From: Escherichia coli
GTDB taxonomy: Bacteria > Pseudomonadota > Gammaproteobacteria > Enterobacterales > Enterobacteriaceae
Reading direction: 5' to 3' (one strand)
Length of the DNA stretch: 64,000 nt
Assembly: GCF_003334335.1 (NCBI RefSeq)
Contig: NZ_QOWQ01000008.1
The notes beneath the pieces were generated by a model. It searched no databases. It was not told where the DNA came from and saw nothing but the letters and a program-made list of their open reading frames with translations. Positions 50,856 through 61,700 of this stretch are shown here, in pieces (position 1 is the first letter of the stretch; the number at the start of each line of letters is the position of its first letter). The position numbers were made by a program, and so were the translations under genes.

Positions 50856-51634
50856 CAGTACGCCTTCCCAAGCGCCAGCCCCAGCGCGATGGCAAAGTCT
50901 CCACCTGGCGGCGGTAGCGGCGGCTGACGAACAGAAACGGCCTCCCAGGGATCAAATCCGCCTTCGCCACATATCGCGACGCTTTCGGGATCAACGGATA
51001 ACGCTGCCGCCAGCTCCTTCGCGCTAGTCATCCCCACCGCCAGTTTGCGCCCCCAGCTATAGCGCGTCGCCCACAGCCACTGTTCGTTATCACGCCAGGC
51101 CAGACATTGCTGATGAGAAGGTAAAAAAGGCAGGAATCGCTGTAATGCACTGGCATCCGGGGTGATCGCGCTCACATGAACACGCAACCTTTCTGCCAGA
51201 GTAAGCAGCGTTGCCAGCTCTTTGCTTTGCGCGGCAGTCACGTTATAGGCGGGACTGAGTGAGTCTTCGCTGTAATCGAAGCGCAGGGAGTCCGGATCCA
51301 TATCCAGCTCGCGGGCCATCGTCCCTGACAGCCAGGCCGTTTGCTCCCGCTCACCAAGGGACATCGACGGGCGCGGAAATGACCGCTGTAATGTGCGACT
51401 GGCGGGAAACGCCAACATAATGTGATGACGCTGCGGCAGTTCGCGACTCCACGGTAACAACGTTTTAGCCAGCTGCTGCGCATCAACAATCCGCCCATCT
51501 TTGATAATGTCGTTCTCCAGCGGCAAGCGCCACCAGCGTTGCAAAAAGCATTCTTTTGCGCCCCGCACGATCGCAACCGCTACCGCTTCTTGCTGTTGTA
51601 AATGCAAACCAATTTGCCAGATCTTAAATGCCAT
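50855..51634 (-). CDS. hofM: Hof system component HofM (PilM-like)
   Basis: ATG (complement cat 51632-51634) gives MAFKIWQIGLHLQQQEAVAVAIV (259 aa). Confidence 0.82.
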   Translation of the reverse strand: MAFKIWQIGLHLQQQEAVAVAIVRGAKECFLQRWWRLPLENDIIKDGRIVDAQQLAKTLLPWSRELPQRHHIMLAFPASRTLQRSFPRPSMSLGEREQTAWLSGTMARELDMDPDSLRFDYSEDSLSPAYNVTAAQSKELATLLTLAERLRVHVSAITPDASALQRFLPFLPSHQQCLAWRDNEQWLWATRYSWGRKLAVGMTSAKELAAALSVDPESVAICGEGGFDPWEAVSVRQPPLPPPGGDFAIALGLALGKAY

Positions 51635-51753
51635 TGTGATGATCTCCTTATCACCCGTCACTCTGACGGGTATATCAATGCGTCTGGCTTGCCTTTATAC
51701 TACCGCGCGTTTGTTTATAAACTGCCCAAATGAAACTAAATGGGAAATTTCCA

Positions 51754-54306
51754 GTGAAGTTCGTAAAGTATTTTTTGATCCTTGCAGTCTGTTGCATTCT
51801 GCTGGGAGCAGGCTCGATTTATGGCCTATACCGCTACATCGAGCCACAACTGCCGGATGTGGCGACATTAAAAGATGTTCGCCTGCAAATTCCGATGCAG
51901 ATTTACAGCGCCGATGGCGAGCTGATTGCTCAATACGGTGAGAAACGTCGTATTCCGGTTACGTTGGATCAAATCCCACCGGAGATGGTGAAAGCCTTTA
52001 TCGCGACAGAAGACAGCCGCTTCTACGAGCATCACGGCGTTGACCCGGTGGGGATCTTCCGTGCAGCAAGCGTGGCGCTGTTCTCCGGTCACGCGTCACA
52101 AGGGGCAAGTACCATTACCCAGCAGCTGGCGAGAAACTTCTTCCTCAGTCCAGAACGCACGCTGATGCGTAAGATTAAGGAAGTCTTCCTCGCGATTCGC
52201 ATTGAACAGCTGCTGACGAAAGACGAGATCCTCGAGCTTTATCTGAACAAGATTTACCTTGGTTACCGCGCCTATGGTGTCGGTGCTGCGGCACAAGTCT
52301 ATTTCGGAAAAACGGTCGACCAACTGACGCTGAACGAAATGGCGGTGATAGCCGGGCTGCCGAAAGCGCCTTCCACCTTCAACCCGCTCTACTCGATGGA
52401 TCGTGCCGTCGCGCGGCGTAACGTCGTGCTGTCGCGGATGCTGGATGAAGGGTATATCACCCAACAACAGTTCGATCAGACACGCACTGAGGCGATTAAC
52501 GCTAACTATCACGCGCCGGAGATTGCTTTCTCTGCGCCGTACCTGAGCGAAATGGTGCGCCAGGAGATGTATAACCGTTATGGCGAAAGTGCCTATGAAG
52601 ACGGTTATCGCATTTACACCACCATCACCCGCAAAGTGCAGCAGGCCGCGCAGCAGGCGGTACGTAATAACGTGCTGGACTACGACATGCGCCACGGCTA
52701 TCGCGGCCCGGCAAATGTGCTGTGGAAAGTGGGCGAGTCGGCGTGGGATAACAACAAGATTACCGATACGCTGAAGGCGCTGCCAACCTATGGTCCGCTG
52801 CTGCCTGCCGCAGTCACCAGCGCCAATCCTCAGCAAGCGACGGCGATGCTGGCGGACGGGTCGACCGTCGCATTGAGTATGGAAGGCGTTCGCTGGGCGC
52901 GTCCTTACCGTTCGGATACTCAGCAAGGACCGACGCCGCGTAAAGTGACCGATGTTCTGCAAACGGGTCAGCAAATCTGGGTTCGTCAGGTTGGCGATGC
53001 ATGGTGGCTGGCACAAGTGCCGGAAGTGAACTCGGCGCTGGTGTCGATCAATCCGCAAAACGGTGCCGTTATGGCGCTGGTCGGTGGCTTTGATTTCAAT
53101 CAGAGCAAGTTTAACCGCGCCACCCAGGCACTGCGTCAGGTGGGTTCCAACATCAAACCGTTCCTCTACACCGCGGCGATGGATAAAGGTCTGACGCTGG
53201 CAAGTATGTTGAACGATGTGCCAATTTCTCGCTGGGATGCAAGTGCCGGTTCTGACTGGCAGCCGAAGAACTCACCACCGCAGTATGCTGGTCCAATTCG
53301 CTTACGTCAGGGGCTGGGTCAGTCGAAAAACGTGGTGATGGTACGCGCAATGCGGGCGATGGGCGTCGACTACGCTGCAGAATATCTGCAACGCTTCGGC
53401 TTCCCGGCACAAAACATTGTCCACACCGAATCGCTGGCGCTGGGTTCAGCGTCCTTCACCCCAATGCAGGTGGCGCGCGGCTACGCGGTCATGGCGAACG
53501 GCGGCTTCCTGGTGGACCCGTGGTTTATCAGCAAAATTGAAAACGATCAGGGCGGCGTGATTTTCGAAGCGAAACCGAAAGTAGCCTGCCCGGAATGCGA
53601 TATTCCGGTGATTTACGGTGATACGCAGAAATCGAACGTGCTGGAAAATAACGATGTTGAAGATGTCGCTATCTCCCGCGAGCAGCAGAATGTTTCTGTA
53701 CCAATGCCGCAGCTGGAGCAGGCAAATCAGGCGTTAGTGGCGAAGACTGGCGCGCAGGAGTACGCACCGCACGTCATCAACACTCCGCTGGCATTCCTGA
53801 TTAAGAGTGCTTTGAACACCAATATCTTTGGTGAGCCAGGCTGGCAGGGTACTGGCTGGCGTGCAGGTCGTGATTTGCAGCGTCGCGATATCGGCGGGAA
53901 AACCGGGACCACTAACAGTTCGAAAGATGCGTGGTTCTCGGGTTACGGTCCGGGCGTTGTGACCTCGGTCTGGATTGGCTTTGATGATCACCGTCGTAAT
54001 CTCGGTCATACAACGGCTTCCGGAGCGATTAAAGATCAGATCTCAGGTTACGAAGGCGGTGCCAAGAGTGCCCAGCCTGCATGGGACGCTTATATGAAAG
54101 CCGTTCTTGAAGGTGTGCCGGAGCAGCCGCTGACGCCGCCACCGGGTATTGTGACGGTGAATATCGATCGCAGCACCGGGCAGTTAGCTAATGGTGGCAA
54201 CAGCCGCGAAGAGTATTTCATCGAAGGTACGCAGCCGACACAACAGGCAGTGCACGAGGTGGGAACGACCATTATCGATAATGGCGAGGCACAGGAATTG
54301 TTCTGA
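51754..54306 (+). CDS. mrcA: Penicillin-binding protein 1A (bifunctional glycosyltransferase/transpeptidase)
   Basis: GTG at 51754 gives (V)KFVKYFLILAVCCILLGAGSIYG (850 aa); transglycosylase motifs (EDSRFYEHHGVD) and transpeptidase SxxK/KTG. Confidence 0.95.
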   Translation: MKFVKYFLILAVCCILLGAGSIYGLYRYIEPQLPDVATLKDVRLQIPMQIYSADGELIAQYGEKRRIPVTLDQIPPEMVKAFIATEDSRFYEHHGVDPVGIFRAASVALFSGHASQGASTITQQLARNFFLSPERTLMRKIKEVFLAIRIEQLLTKDEILELYLNKIYLGYRAYGVGAAAQVYFGKTVDQLTLNEMAVIAGLPKAPSTFNPLYSMDRAVARRNVVLSRMLDEGYITQQQFDQTRTEAINANYHAPEIAFSAPYLSEMVRQEMYNRYGESAYEDGYRIYTTITRKVQQAAQQAVRNNVLDYDMRHGYRGPANVLWKVGESAWDNNKITDTLKALPTYGPLLPAAVTSANPQQATAMLADGSTVALSMEGVRWARPYRSDTQQGPTPRKVTDVLQTGQQIWVRQVGDAWWLAQVPEVNSALVSINPQNGAVMALVGGFDFNQSKFNRATQALRQVGSNIKPFLYTAAMDKGLTLASMLNDVPISRWDASAGSDWQPKNSPPQYAGPIRLRQGLGQSKNVVMVRAMRAMGVDYAAEYLQRFGFPAQNIVHTESLALGSASFTPMQVARGYAVMANGGFLVDPWFISKIENDQGGVIFEAKPKVACPECDIPVIYGDTQKSNVLENNDVEDVAISREQQNVSVPMPQLEQANQALVAKTGAQEYAPHVINTPLAFLIKSALNTNIFGEPGWQGTGWRAGRDLQRRDIGGKTGTTNSSKDAWFSGYGPGVVTSVWIGFDDHRRNLGHTTASGAIKDQISGYEGGAKSAQPAWDAYMKAVLEGVPEQPLTPPPGIVTVNIDRSTGQLANGGNSREEYFIEGTQPTQQAVHEVGTTIIDNGEAQELF

Positions 54307-54308
54307 TT

Positions 54309-54335
54309 AAAAAGGCGCTTCGGCGCCTTTTCAGT
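54309..54335 (+). terminator. Rho-independent terminator of mrcA
   Basis: aaggcgc ttcg gcgcctt followed by ttcagttt, immediately after mrcA stop. Confidence 0.7.
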
Positions 54336-54360
54336 TTGCTGACAAAGTGCACTTGTTTAT

Positions 54361-54390
54361 GCCGGATACGGCGTGAACGCGTTATCCGGC
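54361..54390. repeat. REP element between mrcA and nudE
   Basis: gccggatacggcgtgaacgcgttatccggc; a second gcctgat...atcaggc palindrome lies at ~54434-54459. Confidence 0.65.
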
Positions 54391-54471
54391 TAACAAAATC
54401 GTGAAAACTCAATAAATTGCAGAAACCCCATAAGCCTGATAAACATTGTGCATCAGGCAAACTTCACGCAT

Positions 54472-55032
54472 TTACACTCGCCCCTGCCCTTTCAACCATT
54501 CGCGCACGAGGAACAGCGCACTGACATTGCGCGCTTCATTGAAGTCAGGGTCTTCCAGCAAATCCATCATATGCGCCAGCGGCCAGCGCACCTGTGGTAG
54601 CGGCTCTGGCTCATCGCCTTCCAGTGATTCCGGGTAGAGATCTTGCGCTACCACGATATTCATTTTGCTGGAAAAGTAAGACGGTGCCATGCTGAGCTTC
54701 TTCAAAAAAGTCAGATCGTTCGCTCCAAATCCAACCTCTTCTTTTAGCTCGCGGTTAGCGGCTTCGTAGACGCTTTCACCCGGATCAATTAATCCTTTCG
54801 AAAAACCTAATTCGTAGGATTCAGTTCCCACTGCGTATTCGCGGATCAGGATCAGGTGATCGTCCACAATCGGCACAATCATCACTGCTTCCCGGTTGGT
54901 TGGACGCATTCGTTCATAAACACGCCGCACGCCATTGCTGAACTCCAGATCCACGCTCTCGACGGTAAACAGTCGGGAACGGGCTACAGTTTCAACATTC
55001 AGAATGGTGGGTTTTTGTAATGATTTGCTCAT
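54472..55032 (-). CDS. nudE: Nudix hydrolase (ADP-sugar diphosphatase)
   Basis: 186-aa ORF with Nudix box (GLIDPGESVYEAANRELKEEVG). Confidence 0.93.
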   Translation of the reverse strand: MSKSLQKPTILNVETVARSRLFTVESVDLEFSNGVRRVYERMRPTNREAVMIVPIVDDHLILIREYAVGTESYELGFSKGLIDPGESVYEAANRELKEEVGFGANDLTFLKKLSMAPSYFSSKMNIVVAQDLYPESLEGDEPEPLPQVRWPLAHMMDLLEDPDFNEARNVSALFLVREWLKGQGRV

Positions 55033-55351
55033 CGTGGGATCTATGCTGTGAAATCAGCGGTTATTGTGCGATATCGGACACGCTTTCGGCAATGTGAATT
55101 GCATGTTATTTACATTTATGTAACTTAATAAATAATCGTCCTCAAATCAAATTAAAAGTCAATAGGTTGAAATAACTCCAGGAATTTGCTGATATTCCGC
55201 CTTCAGAGGGTTTGCTATGATCAGCGGTTACTGTGATGTGCTTAATGATGCTCAAGTTAAACTCCACGCTTGCCGATAGCCAACCGCAGAATCATGTATT
55301 GTGTCCGGTGCGACTGACCACGCCTGACAGACTAAGTAAGATGGGGAAAGC

Positions 55352-57487
55352 ATGAGCACCATTGTGATTTTTTTAGCTGCTTTGCTGGCCTGCTCACTAC
55401 TTGCGGGATGGCTGATAAAAGTGCGATCCAGACGGCGTCAGCTGCCTTGGACCAACGCCTTCGCGGATGCGCAAACGCGTAAACTCACACCTGAAGAACG
55501 TAGCGCCGTTGAAAATTATCTTGAGAGCCTGACGCAGGTATTACAGGTGCCTGGCCCAACGGGAGCCAGCGCGGCACCGATCTCTCTGGCGCTGAATGCC
55601 GAAAGCAACAACGTCATGATGCTGACACACGCTATCACGCGTTACGGCATCTCTACCGACGATCCGAATAAATGGCGTTACTACCTCGATTCGGTAGAAG
55701 TCCACCTGCCCCCTTTCTGGGAACAGTACATCAACGATGAGAATACCGTTGAACTGATTCATACCGATTCGCTGCCGCTGGTTATTTCACTCAACGGTCA
55801 TACGCTGCAGGAGTACATGCAGGAAACTCGCAGCTATGCCTTGCAACCTGTTCCGTCAACGCAGGCGTCGATTCGCGGGGAAGAGAGTGAGCAAATCGAG
55901 CTACTCAATATTCGCAAAGAAACGCATGAAGAATATGCGCTGAGTCGTCCGCGCGGGCTGCGTGAAGCGTTGCTGATCGTCGCCTCCTTCCTGATGTTCT
56001 TTTTCTGCCTGATTACCCCGGATGTATTTGTTCCGTGGCTGGCAGGCGGCGCGTTACTGCTGCTGGGCGCAGGTCTGTGGGGGCTATTCGCGCCCCCGGC
56101 AAAATCCTCCCTGCGGGAAATTCATTGTCTGCGCGGTACACCCCGTCGTTGGGGATTGTTTGGCGAAAACGATCAGGAACAGATCAACAATATTTCACTC
56201 GGTATTATCGACCTGGTCTATCCCGCACACTGGCAGCCATACATTGCTCAGGATCTCGGTCAACAAACCGATATCGATATCTATCTCGACCGCCATGTAG
56301 TGCGTCAGGGACGATATCTTTCGCTGCATGATGAAGTAAAAAACTTTCCGTTACAGCACTGGCTGCGCAGTACGATTATCGCTGCGGGCTCGCTGCTGGT
56401 GCTGTTTATGCTGTTATTCTGGATCCCGCTGGATATGCCGCTGAAATTCACTCTCTCATGGATGAAAGGCGCGCAGACCATTGAAGCCACCAGCGTAAAA
56501 CAACTGGCTGACGCTGGCGTGCGGGTAGGCGATACATTGCGTATTAGCGGTACGGGAATGTGTAATATTCGAACTTCCGGAACCTGGAGCGCGAAAACCA
56601 ATTCACCTTTTTTACCGTTTGACTGCTCGCAGATCATCTGGAACGACGCCCGCTCATTGCCATTACCAGAATCTGAACTGGTCAACAAAGCGACGGCATT
56701 GACTGAAGCAGTTAATCGCCAGCTGCACCCTAAACCGGAAGATGAATCTCGCGTCAGTGCCTCATTACGTTCAGCAATTCAAAAATCCGGCATGGTATTG
56801 CTTGATGATTTTGGCGACATTGTACTGAAGACAGCGGATTTATGTTCTGCCAAAGATGACTGTGTGCGACTGAAAAATGCGCTGGTCAATCTCGGCAACA
56901 GTAAAGACTGGGACGCGCTGGTAAAACGCGCCAACGCCGGGAAGCTCGATGGCGTGAATGTGTTATTACGCCCGGTGAGTGCGGAATCGCTGGATAACCT
57001 GGTGGCAACCTCCACCGCGCCGTTTATCACGCATGAAACGGCGCGAGCGGCACAATCACTAAACAGTCCGGCCCCCGGCGGATTCCTGATTGTCAGCGAC
57101 GAAGGCAGCGATTTTGTTGATCAGCCCTGGCCTTCGGCATCACTTTACGACTACCCGCCGCAAGAACAGTGGAACGCTTTCCAGAAACTGGCACAAATGC
57201 TGATGCATACGCCGTTTAACGCCGAGGGTATCGTCACAAAAATCTTCACTGACGCCAATGGTACGCAGCATATTGGCCTTCATCCGATCCCGGATCGTTC
57301 CGGCCTGTGGCGCTATCTCAGCACCACATTGCTGCTACTGACGATGCTGGGTAGCGCCATTTACAATGGCGTACAGGCCTGGCGTCGTTACCAGCGTCAT
57401 CGCACTCGCATGATGGAGATTCAGGCCTATTATGAAAGCTGCCTGAACCCGCAACTGATCACCCCTTCAGAAAGCCTTATCGAATAA
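55352..57487 (+). CDS. igaA: Inner-membrane regulator of the Rcs phosphorelay (IgaA)
   Basis: 711-aa ORF MSTIVIFLAALLACSLLAGWLIKVRSRRRQLPWTNAFADAQTRKL. Confidence 0.92.
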   Translation: MSTIVIFLAALLACSLLAGWLIKVRSRRRQLPWTNAFADAQTRKLTPEERSAVENYLESLTQVLQVPGPTGASAAPISLALNAESNNVMMLTHAITRYGISTDDPNKWRYYLDSVEVHLPPFWEQYINDENTVELIHTDSLPLVISLNGHTLQEYMQETRSYALQPVPSTQASIRGEESEQIELLNIRKETHEEYALSRPRGLREALLIVASFLMFFFCLITPDVFVPWLAGGALLLLGAGLWGLFAPPAKSSLREIHCLRGTPRRWGLFGENDQEQINNISLGIIDLVYPAHWQPYIAQDLGQQTDIDIYLDRHVVRQGRYLSLHDEVKNFPLQHWLRSTIIAAGSLLVLFMLLFWIPLDMPLKFTLSWMKGAQTIEATSVKQLADAGVRVGDTLRISGTGMCNIRTSGTWSAKTNSPFLPFDCSQIIWNDARSLPLPESELVNKATALTEAVNRQLHPKPEDESRVSASLRSAIQKSGMVLLDDFGDIVLKTADLCSAKDDCVRLKNALVNLGNSKDWDALVKRANAGKLDGVNVLLRPVSAESLDNLVATSTAPFITHETARAAQSLNSPAPGGFLIVSDEGSDFVDQPWPSASLYDYPPQEQWNAFQKLAQMLMHTPFNAEGIVTKIFTDANGTQHIGLHPIPDRSGLWRYLSTTLLLLTMLGSAIYNGVQAWRRYQRHRTRMMEIQAYYESCLNPQLITPSESLIE

Positions 57488-57551
57488 CACGTTTGCGCGG
57501 CAGGTTATGCTACCCTGTCGCGCAAATTGCTTCACTCTGGAGATTTCCCTC

Positions 57552-58220
57552 ATGCATATCAACATTGCCTGGCAGGACGTAGATACCGTTCTGCTGGATA
57601 TGGACGGCACGTTGCTCGACCTCGCCTTCGATAACTATTTCTGGCAAAAGCTGGTGCCTGAAACATGGGGCGCGAAAAACGGGGTTACGCCACAGGAAGC
57701 GATGGAATATATGCGCCAGCAATATCACGACGTACAGCATACGCTAAACTGGTACTGTCTTGATTACTGGAGTGAGCAACTGGGTCTGGATATCTGTGCG
57801 ATGACCACCGAGATGGGACCGCGTGCCGTACTGCGTGAAGATACCATTCCGTTTCTTGAGGCACTGAAAGCCAGCGGTAAGCAGCGAATTTTGCTCACCA
57901 ATGCGCATCCGCACAACCTGGCGGTAAAACTTGAGCATACCGGTCTGGACGCACACCTTGATTTATTACTTTCCACCCACACATTTGGTTATCCGAAAGA
58001 GGATCAGCGGTTATGGCATGCGGTGGCCGAAGCTACGGGTCTGAAAGCTGAAAGAACGCTGTTTATTGATGACAGCGAAGCGATTCTCGATGCTGCCGCG
58101 CAATTTGGTATTCGTTACTGCCTCGGCGTGACTAATCCTGATTCCGGGATTGCCGAGAAACAGTATCAACGCCATCCGTCACTGAATGACTACCGCCGCC
58201 TGATCCCCTCGCTAATGTGA
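57552..58220 (+). CDS. yrfG: HAD-family phosphatase YrfG
   Basis: ATG at 57552 gives MHINIAWQDVDTVLLDMDGTLLDL (HAD motif I), 222 aa. Confidence 0.88.
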   Translation: MHINIAWQDVDTVLLDMDGTLLDLAFDNYFWQKLVPETWGAKNGVTPQEAMEYMRQQYHDVQHTLNWYCLDYWSEQLGLDICAMTTEMGPRAVLREDTIPFLEALKASGKQRILLTNAHPHNLAVKLEHTGLDAHLDLLLSTHTFGYPKEDQRLWHAVAEATGLKAERTLFIDDSEAILDAAAQFGIRYCLGVTNPDSGIAEKQYQRHPSLNDYRRLIPSLM

Positions 58221-58230
58221 AGGAGACGCC

Positions 58231-58632
58231 ATGAAAGAGAAACCTGCTGTTGAGGTTCGACTGGATAAATGGCTATGGGCTGCCCGTTTTTATAAAACCC
58301 GCGCGCTGGCCCGTGAAATGATTGAAGGCGGTAAGGTGCATTACAACGGGCAGCGCAGCAAGCCGAGCAAAATCGTCGAGCTGAATGCCACGCTCACTCT
58401 GCGCCAGGGAAATGACGAACGCACGGTGATTGTAAAGGCGATTACTGAACAGCGTCGCCCCGCCAGCGAGGCAGCCTTGCTGTATGAAGAGACTGCGGAA
58501 AGTGTAGAGAAACGCGAAAAAATGGCGCTGGCACGTAAACTTAATGCCTTAACCATGCCGCACCCGGACCGACGCCCGGACAAAAAAGAGCGCCGCGACC
58601 TGTTACGATTTAAACACGGCGACAGTGAATAA
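58231..58632 (+). CDS. hslR: Ribosome-associated heat-shock protein Hsp15 (S4-like RNA-binding)
   Basis: 133-aa ORF MKEKPAVEVRLDKWLWAARFYKTRALAREMIEGGKVHYNGQRSKPSKIV. Confidence 0.93.
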   Translation: MKEKPAVEVRLDKWLWAARFYKTRALAREMIEGGKVHYNGQRSKPSKIVELNATLTLRQGNDERTVIVKAITEQRRPASEAALLYEETAESVEKREKMALARKLNALTMPHPDRRPDKKERRDLLRFKHGDSE

Positions 58633-58656
58633 CTGTCACCTGCAAGAGAGATGATT

Positions 58657-59535
58657 ATGCCGCAACATGACCAATTACATCGCTATCTGTTTGAAAACTT
58701 TGCCGTGCGCGGCGAACTGGTAACCGTTTCGGAAACCCTGCAACAGATCCTTGAGAACCACGATTATCCGCAGCCCGTTAAAAACGTGCTGGCAGAACTG
58801 CTGGTTGCGACCAGCCTGTTAACCGCTACGCTGAAGTTTGATGGTGATATCACCGTACAGCTGCAGGGCGACGGTCCGATGAATCTGGCGGTTATTAACG
58901 GTAACAATAACCAGCAGATGCGCGGTGTGGCGCGCGTGCAGGGCGAAATTCCAGAAAATGCCGACCTGAAAACGCTGGTCGGCAATGGTTACGTGGTGAT
59001 CACCATTACCCCGAGCGAAGGCGAACGCTATCAGGGCGTAGTTGGTCTGGAAGGTGATACCCTGGCGGCCTGCCTGGAAGATTACTTTATGCGTTCTGAA
59101 CAGCTGCCGACGCGCCTGTTTATTCGCACCGGCGACGTAGACGGCAAACCGGCTGCAGGCGGTATGTTGTTGCAGGTAATGCCTGCGCAAAATGCCCAGC
59201 AGGACGACTTTGACCACCTGGCGACGCTAACCGAAACCATCAAAACCGAAGAACTGCTGACCTTACCGGCAAACGAAGTGTTGTGGCGTTTGTATCACGA
59301 AGAAGAGGTGACGGTTTACGATCCGCAGGATGTGGAGTTCAAATGCACCTGCTCGCGTGAACGTTGCGCCGATGCGCTGAAAACGCTGCCTGATGAAGAA
59401 GTTGATAGCATCCTGGCGGAAGATGGCGAAATTGACATGCATTGTGATTACTGCGGTAACCACTATCTGTTCAATGCGATGGATATTGCTGAAATCCGCA
59501 ACAACGCGTCTCCGGCAGATCCGCAAGTTCATTAA
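58657..59535 (+). CDS. hslO: Redox-regulated chaperone Hsp33
   Basis: ATG at 58657 gives [22 protein letters not shown]; C-terminal zinc-binding CxC...CxxC (CTCSRERC ... CDYCGNHY). Confidence 0.93.
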   Translation: MPQHDQLHRYLFENFAVRGELVTVSETLQQILENHDYPQPVKNVLAELLVATSLLTATLKFDGDITVQLQGDGPMNLAVINGNNNQQMRGVARVQGEIPENADLKTLVGNGYVVITITPSEGERYQGVVGLEGDTLAACLEDYFMRSEQLPTRLFIRTGDVDGKPAAGGMLLQVMPAQNAQQDDFDHLATLTETIKTEELLTLPANEVLWRLYHEEEVTVYDPQDVEFKCTCSRERCADALKTLPDEEVDSILAEDGEIDMHCDYCGNHYLFNAMDIAEIRNNASPADPQVH

Positions 59536-59597
59536 TGAGTATGTCCGGCAGAGAGGGCTCTGCCGGATTTTACGACTAATACACCTGATGCGCTTTG

Positions 59598-61322
59598 TCA
59601 CTCATTCAGATTCACATTCAGCCTTTCACCATCCACTACAAGATCGCGCCACGCTTTAGGCTTCGTTCCCAGTTTTCCATCCTTCGCAGCTGTGAGTAAT
59701 TTTTCTTTCGTTATTTCGTTCGGAAGTAAACTCATATCAAGCGCGTCCCATTCTTTTCTGTCTGAGTCAAAGCCATAGACAATGACTCTGTCATCATTAA
59801 AAGCAAACAGGATCCGCTCCGCCTGACCATCACTATTCAGATCTTGCTCGACCAGGACGCAGGCGTCTTTTTCAATACAGGTCATCACGTTATAGCGATC
59901 CTGGATTAAGGCCGACCAGAATGTCGCATCAGGTTTAACAGAACCAGGGGCAATTAACACATTATCGGCTAATACTTTTTCCGATACCTGTTGCTGAAGA
60001 TGTTGCTCTCCATCTAACGCCATCAGCAGATCCCGCGCGCGTTTCGGGTCTTTCATAAACCCGGCATCGCTTTTCAGCGACTCAAGCGCAGCACGTCCAT
60101 AGCGACCGCTCTGCTCGAGCATGTAGATAGTTACCTGGTCTGACGTGTTTTTGCCGCTCTGATAACGCGCCATATGGCTGTTCACGCTAATGCGCATACT
60201 GTCCAGCACCGGCGAATTAAGAAGCACCAGTATCACCAACACCAATAACGAAACCGCAAGGTTCACTTTGCCCTGAAGAACAACGGGATTTTGCCCTTTA
60301 CGCCAGACGATGCTGACAAAATACCCCAGCGACCACACCAGTAACACCAGCACCGCCAGCACGCCCTGCAAGCGGTCGACAGTCCAGCCGTACTGAGCGA
60401 CCCGCAGCCATAACGCCCAGGCGGCGACGAACACATACAGCGGAGCAACCAGCAAAGCGGTTTTAATCAGGCAACGCAACGGCCCTGTCCAGGGAAGTGA
60501 CGCTTTTTGCGGATCGCGGACAATAGCCATTAAGATCAATTGCAAAAAGGCCAGCGTCAACAGCAACCCGGCGGCGGAGATGTGGCGAGAAATCGCGCTC
60601 AGGCCCGTAAACGGCAGGGTGATGATAAACATCAGGGTTAGCAATGATACTAACGGCAGCAACCCCGTGGCGATTAACGTGAACAACTTTTGAATAGAGT
60701 CGATTAAACGTGACTGTGTTCGCGCGAGGATCACCGCCAGCGCGGTAACCAGACCTAACGTGAGATAAATAAACCAGTCGGTTGCAAAAAAGAGCGTATT
60801 GAAAAACGTGATGCCAACAAGTTTAAACAACTCACTCCACAGTAAAAGCACCAGCCACGTCAAGCCATTGGCGAGAAAAATCACCAGTAATATAAGTACG
60901 TTATGCCATACTGACTGGTAAAAATAGCGATAGCGGCTACTGTCATTGCGGATGCGAAGGCTTTGTTGTATCCACGGTAGCAACAACATTGCCATCAACA
61001 GCAGATAGCAACCAAAATCCCAAAGCGCCTTTTCAGCTCTCCAGGGGTTCATGCCATCAGTTTGCCACTTCAGCCAGCCGCTCATCCCCAGCGTGGCAAT
61101 AAACACTAGCGCCAGCCATCCCCAAAGGCGCTTCTGTTTAAAAGAGATCACGGAGAAGAGTAAAACGGATGAAAACGCGACGGTCGCAGGCACGCCATAA
61201 ACAATCCAACTGTGATTTTTTCCGGAAAGCCAGGCGATCAGCAGGTAGCAAACCAGACCCTGAAGTAATCCGGTAGCAATCATCCCCCAGCGTGTTGCGG
61301 GTGAAAGTTCAACGTTATCCAT
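59598..61322 (-). CDS. yhgE: Large polytopic membrane protein YhgE (unknown function)
   Basis: 574-aa ORF, many hydrophobic segments then soluble C-terminal domain. Confidence 0.85.
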
Positions 61323-61565
61323 GTTGGTTATCCAGAATCAAAAGGTGGGTTAATTATCGCATCCGGGCAGTAGTATTTTGCTTTTTTCAGAAAATAATCA
61401 AAAAAAGTTAGCGTGGTGAATCGATACTTTACCGGTTGAATTTGCATCAATTTCATTCAGGAATGCGATTCCACTCACAATATTCCCGCCATATAAACCA
61501 AGATTTAACCTTTTGAGAACATTTTCCACACCTAAAATGCTATTTCTGCGATAATAGCAACCGTT

Positions 61566-61583
61566 TCGTGACAGGAATCACGG
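61566..61583 (+). promoter_or_regulatory. Candidate CRP-like palindrome in pckA upstream region
   Basis: tcGTGAcaggaaTCACgg: GTGA-N7-TCAC dyad ~120 bp upstream of pckA ATG. Confidence 0.4.
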
Positions 61584-61700
61584 AGTTTTTTGTCAAATAT
61601 GAATTTCTCCAGATACGTAAATCTATGAGCCTTGTCGCGGTTAACACCCCCAAAAAGACTTTACTATTCAGGCAATACATATTGGCTAAGGAGCAGTGAA

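Noticed and set aside
52096-53058. 320-aa ORF antisense to mrcA
   Set aside because: Embedded in the opposite strand of PBP1a; Arg-rich, no start context or domain.
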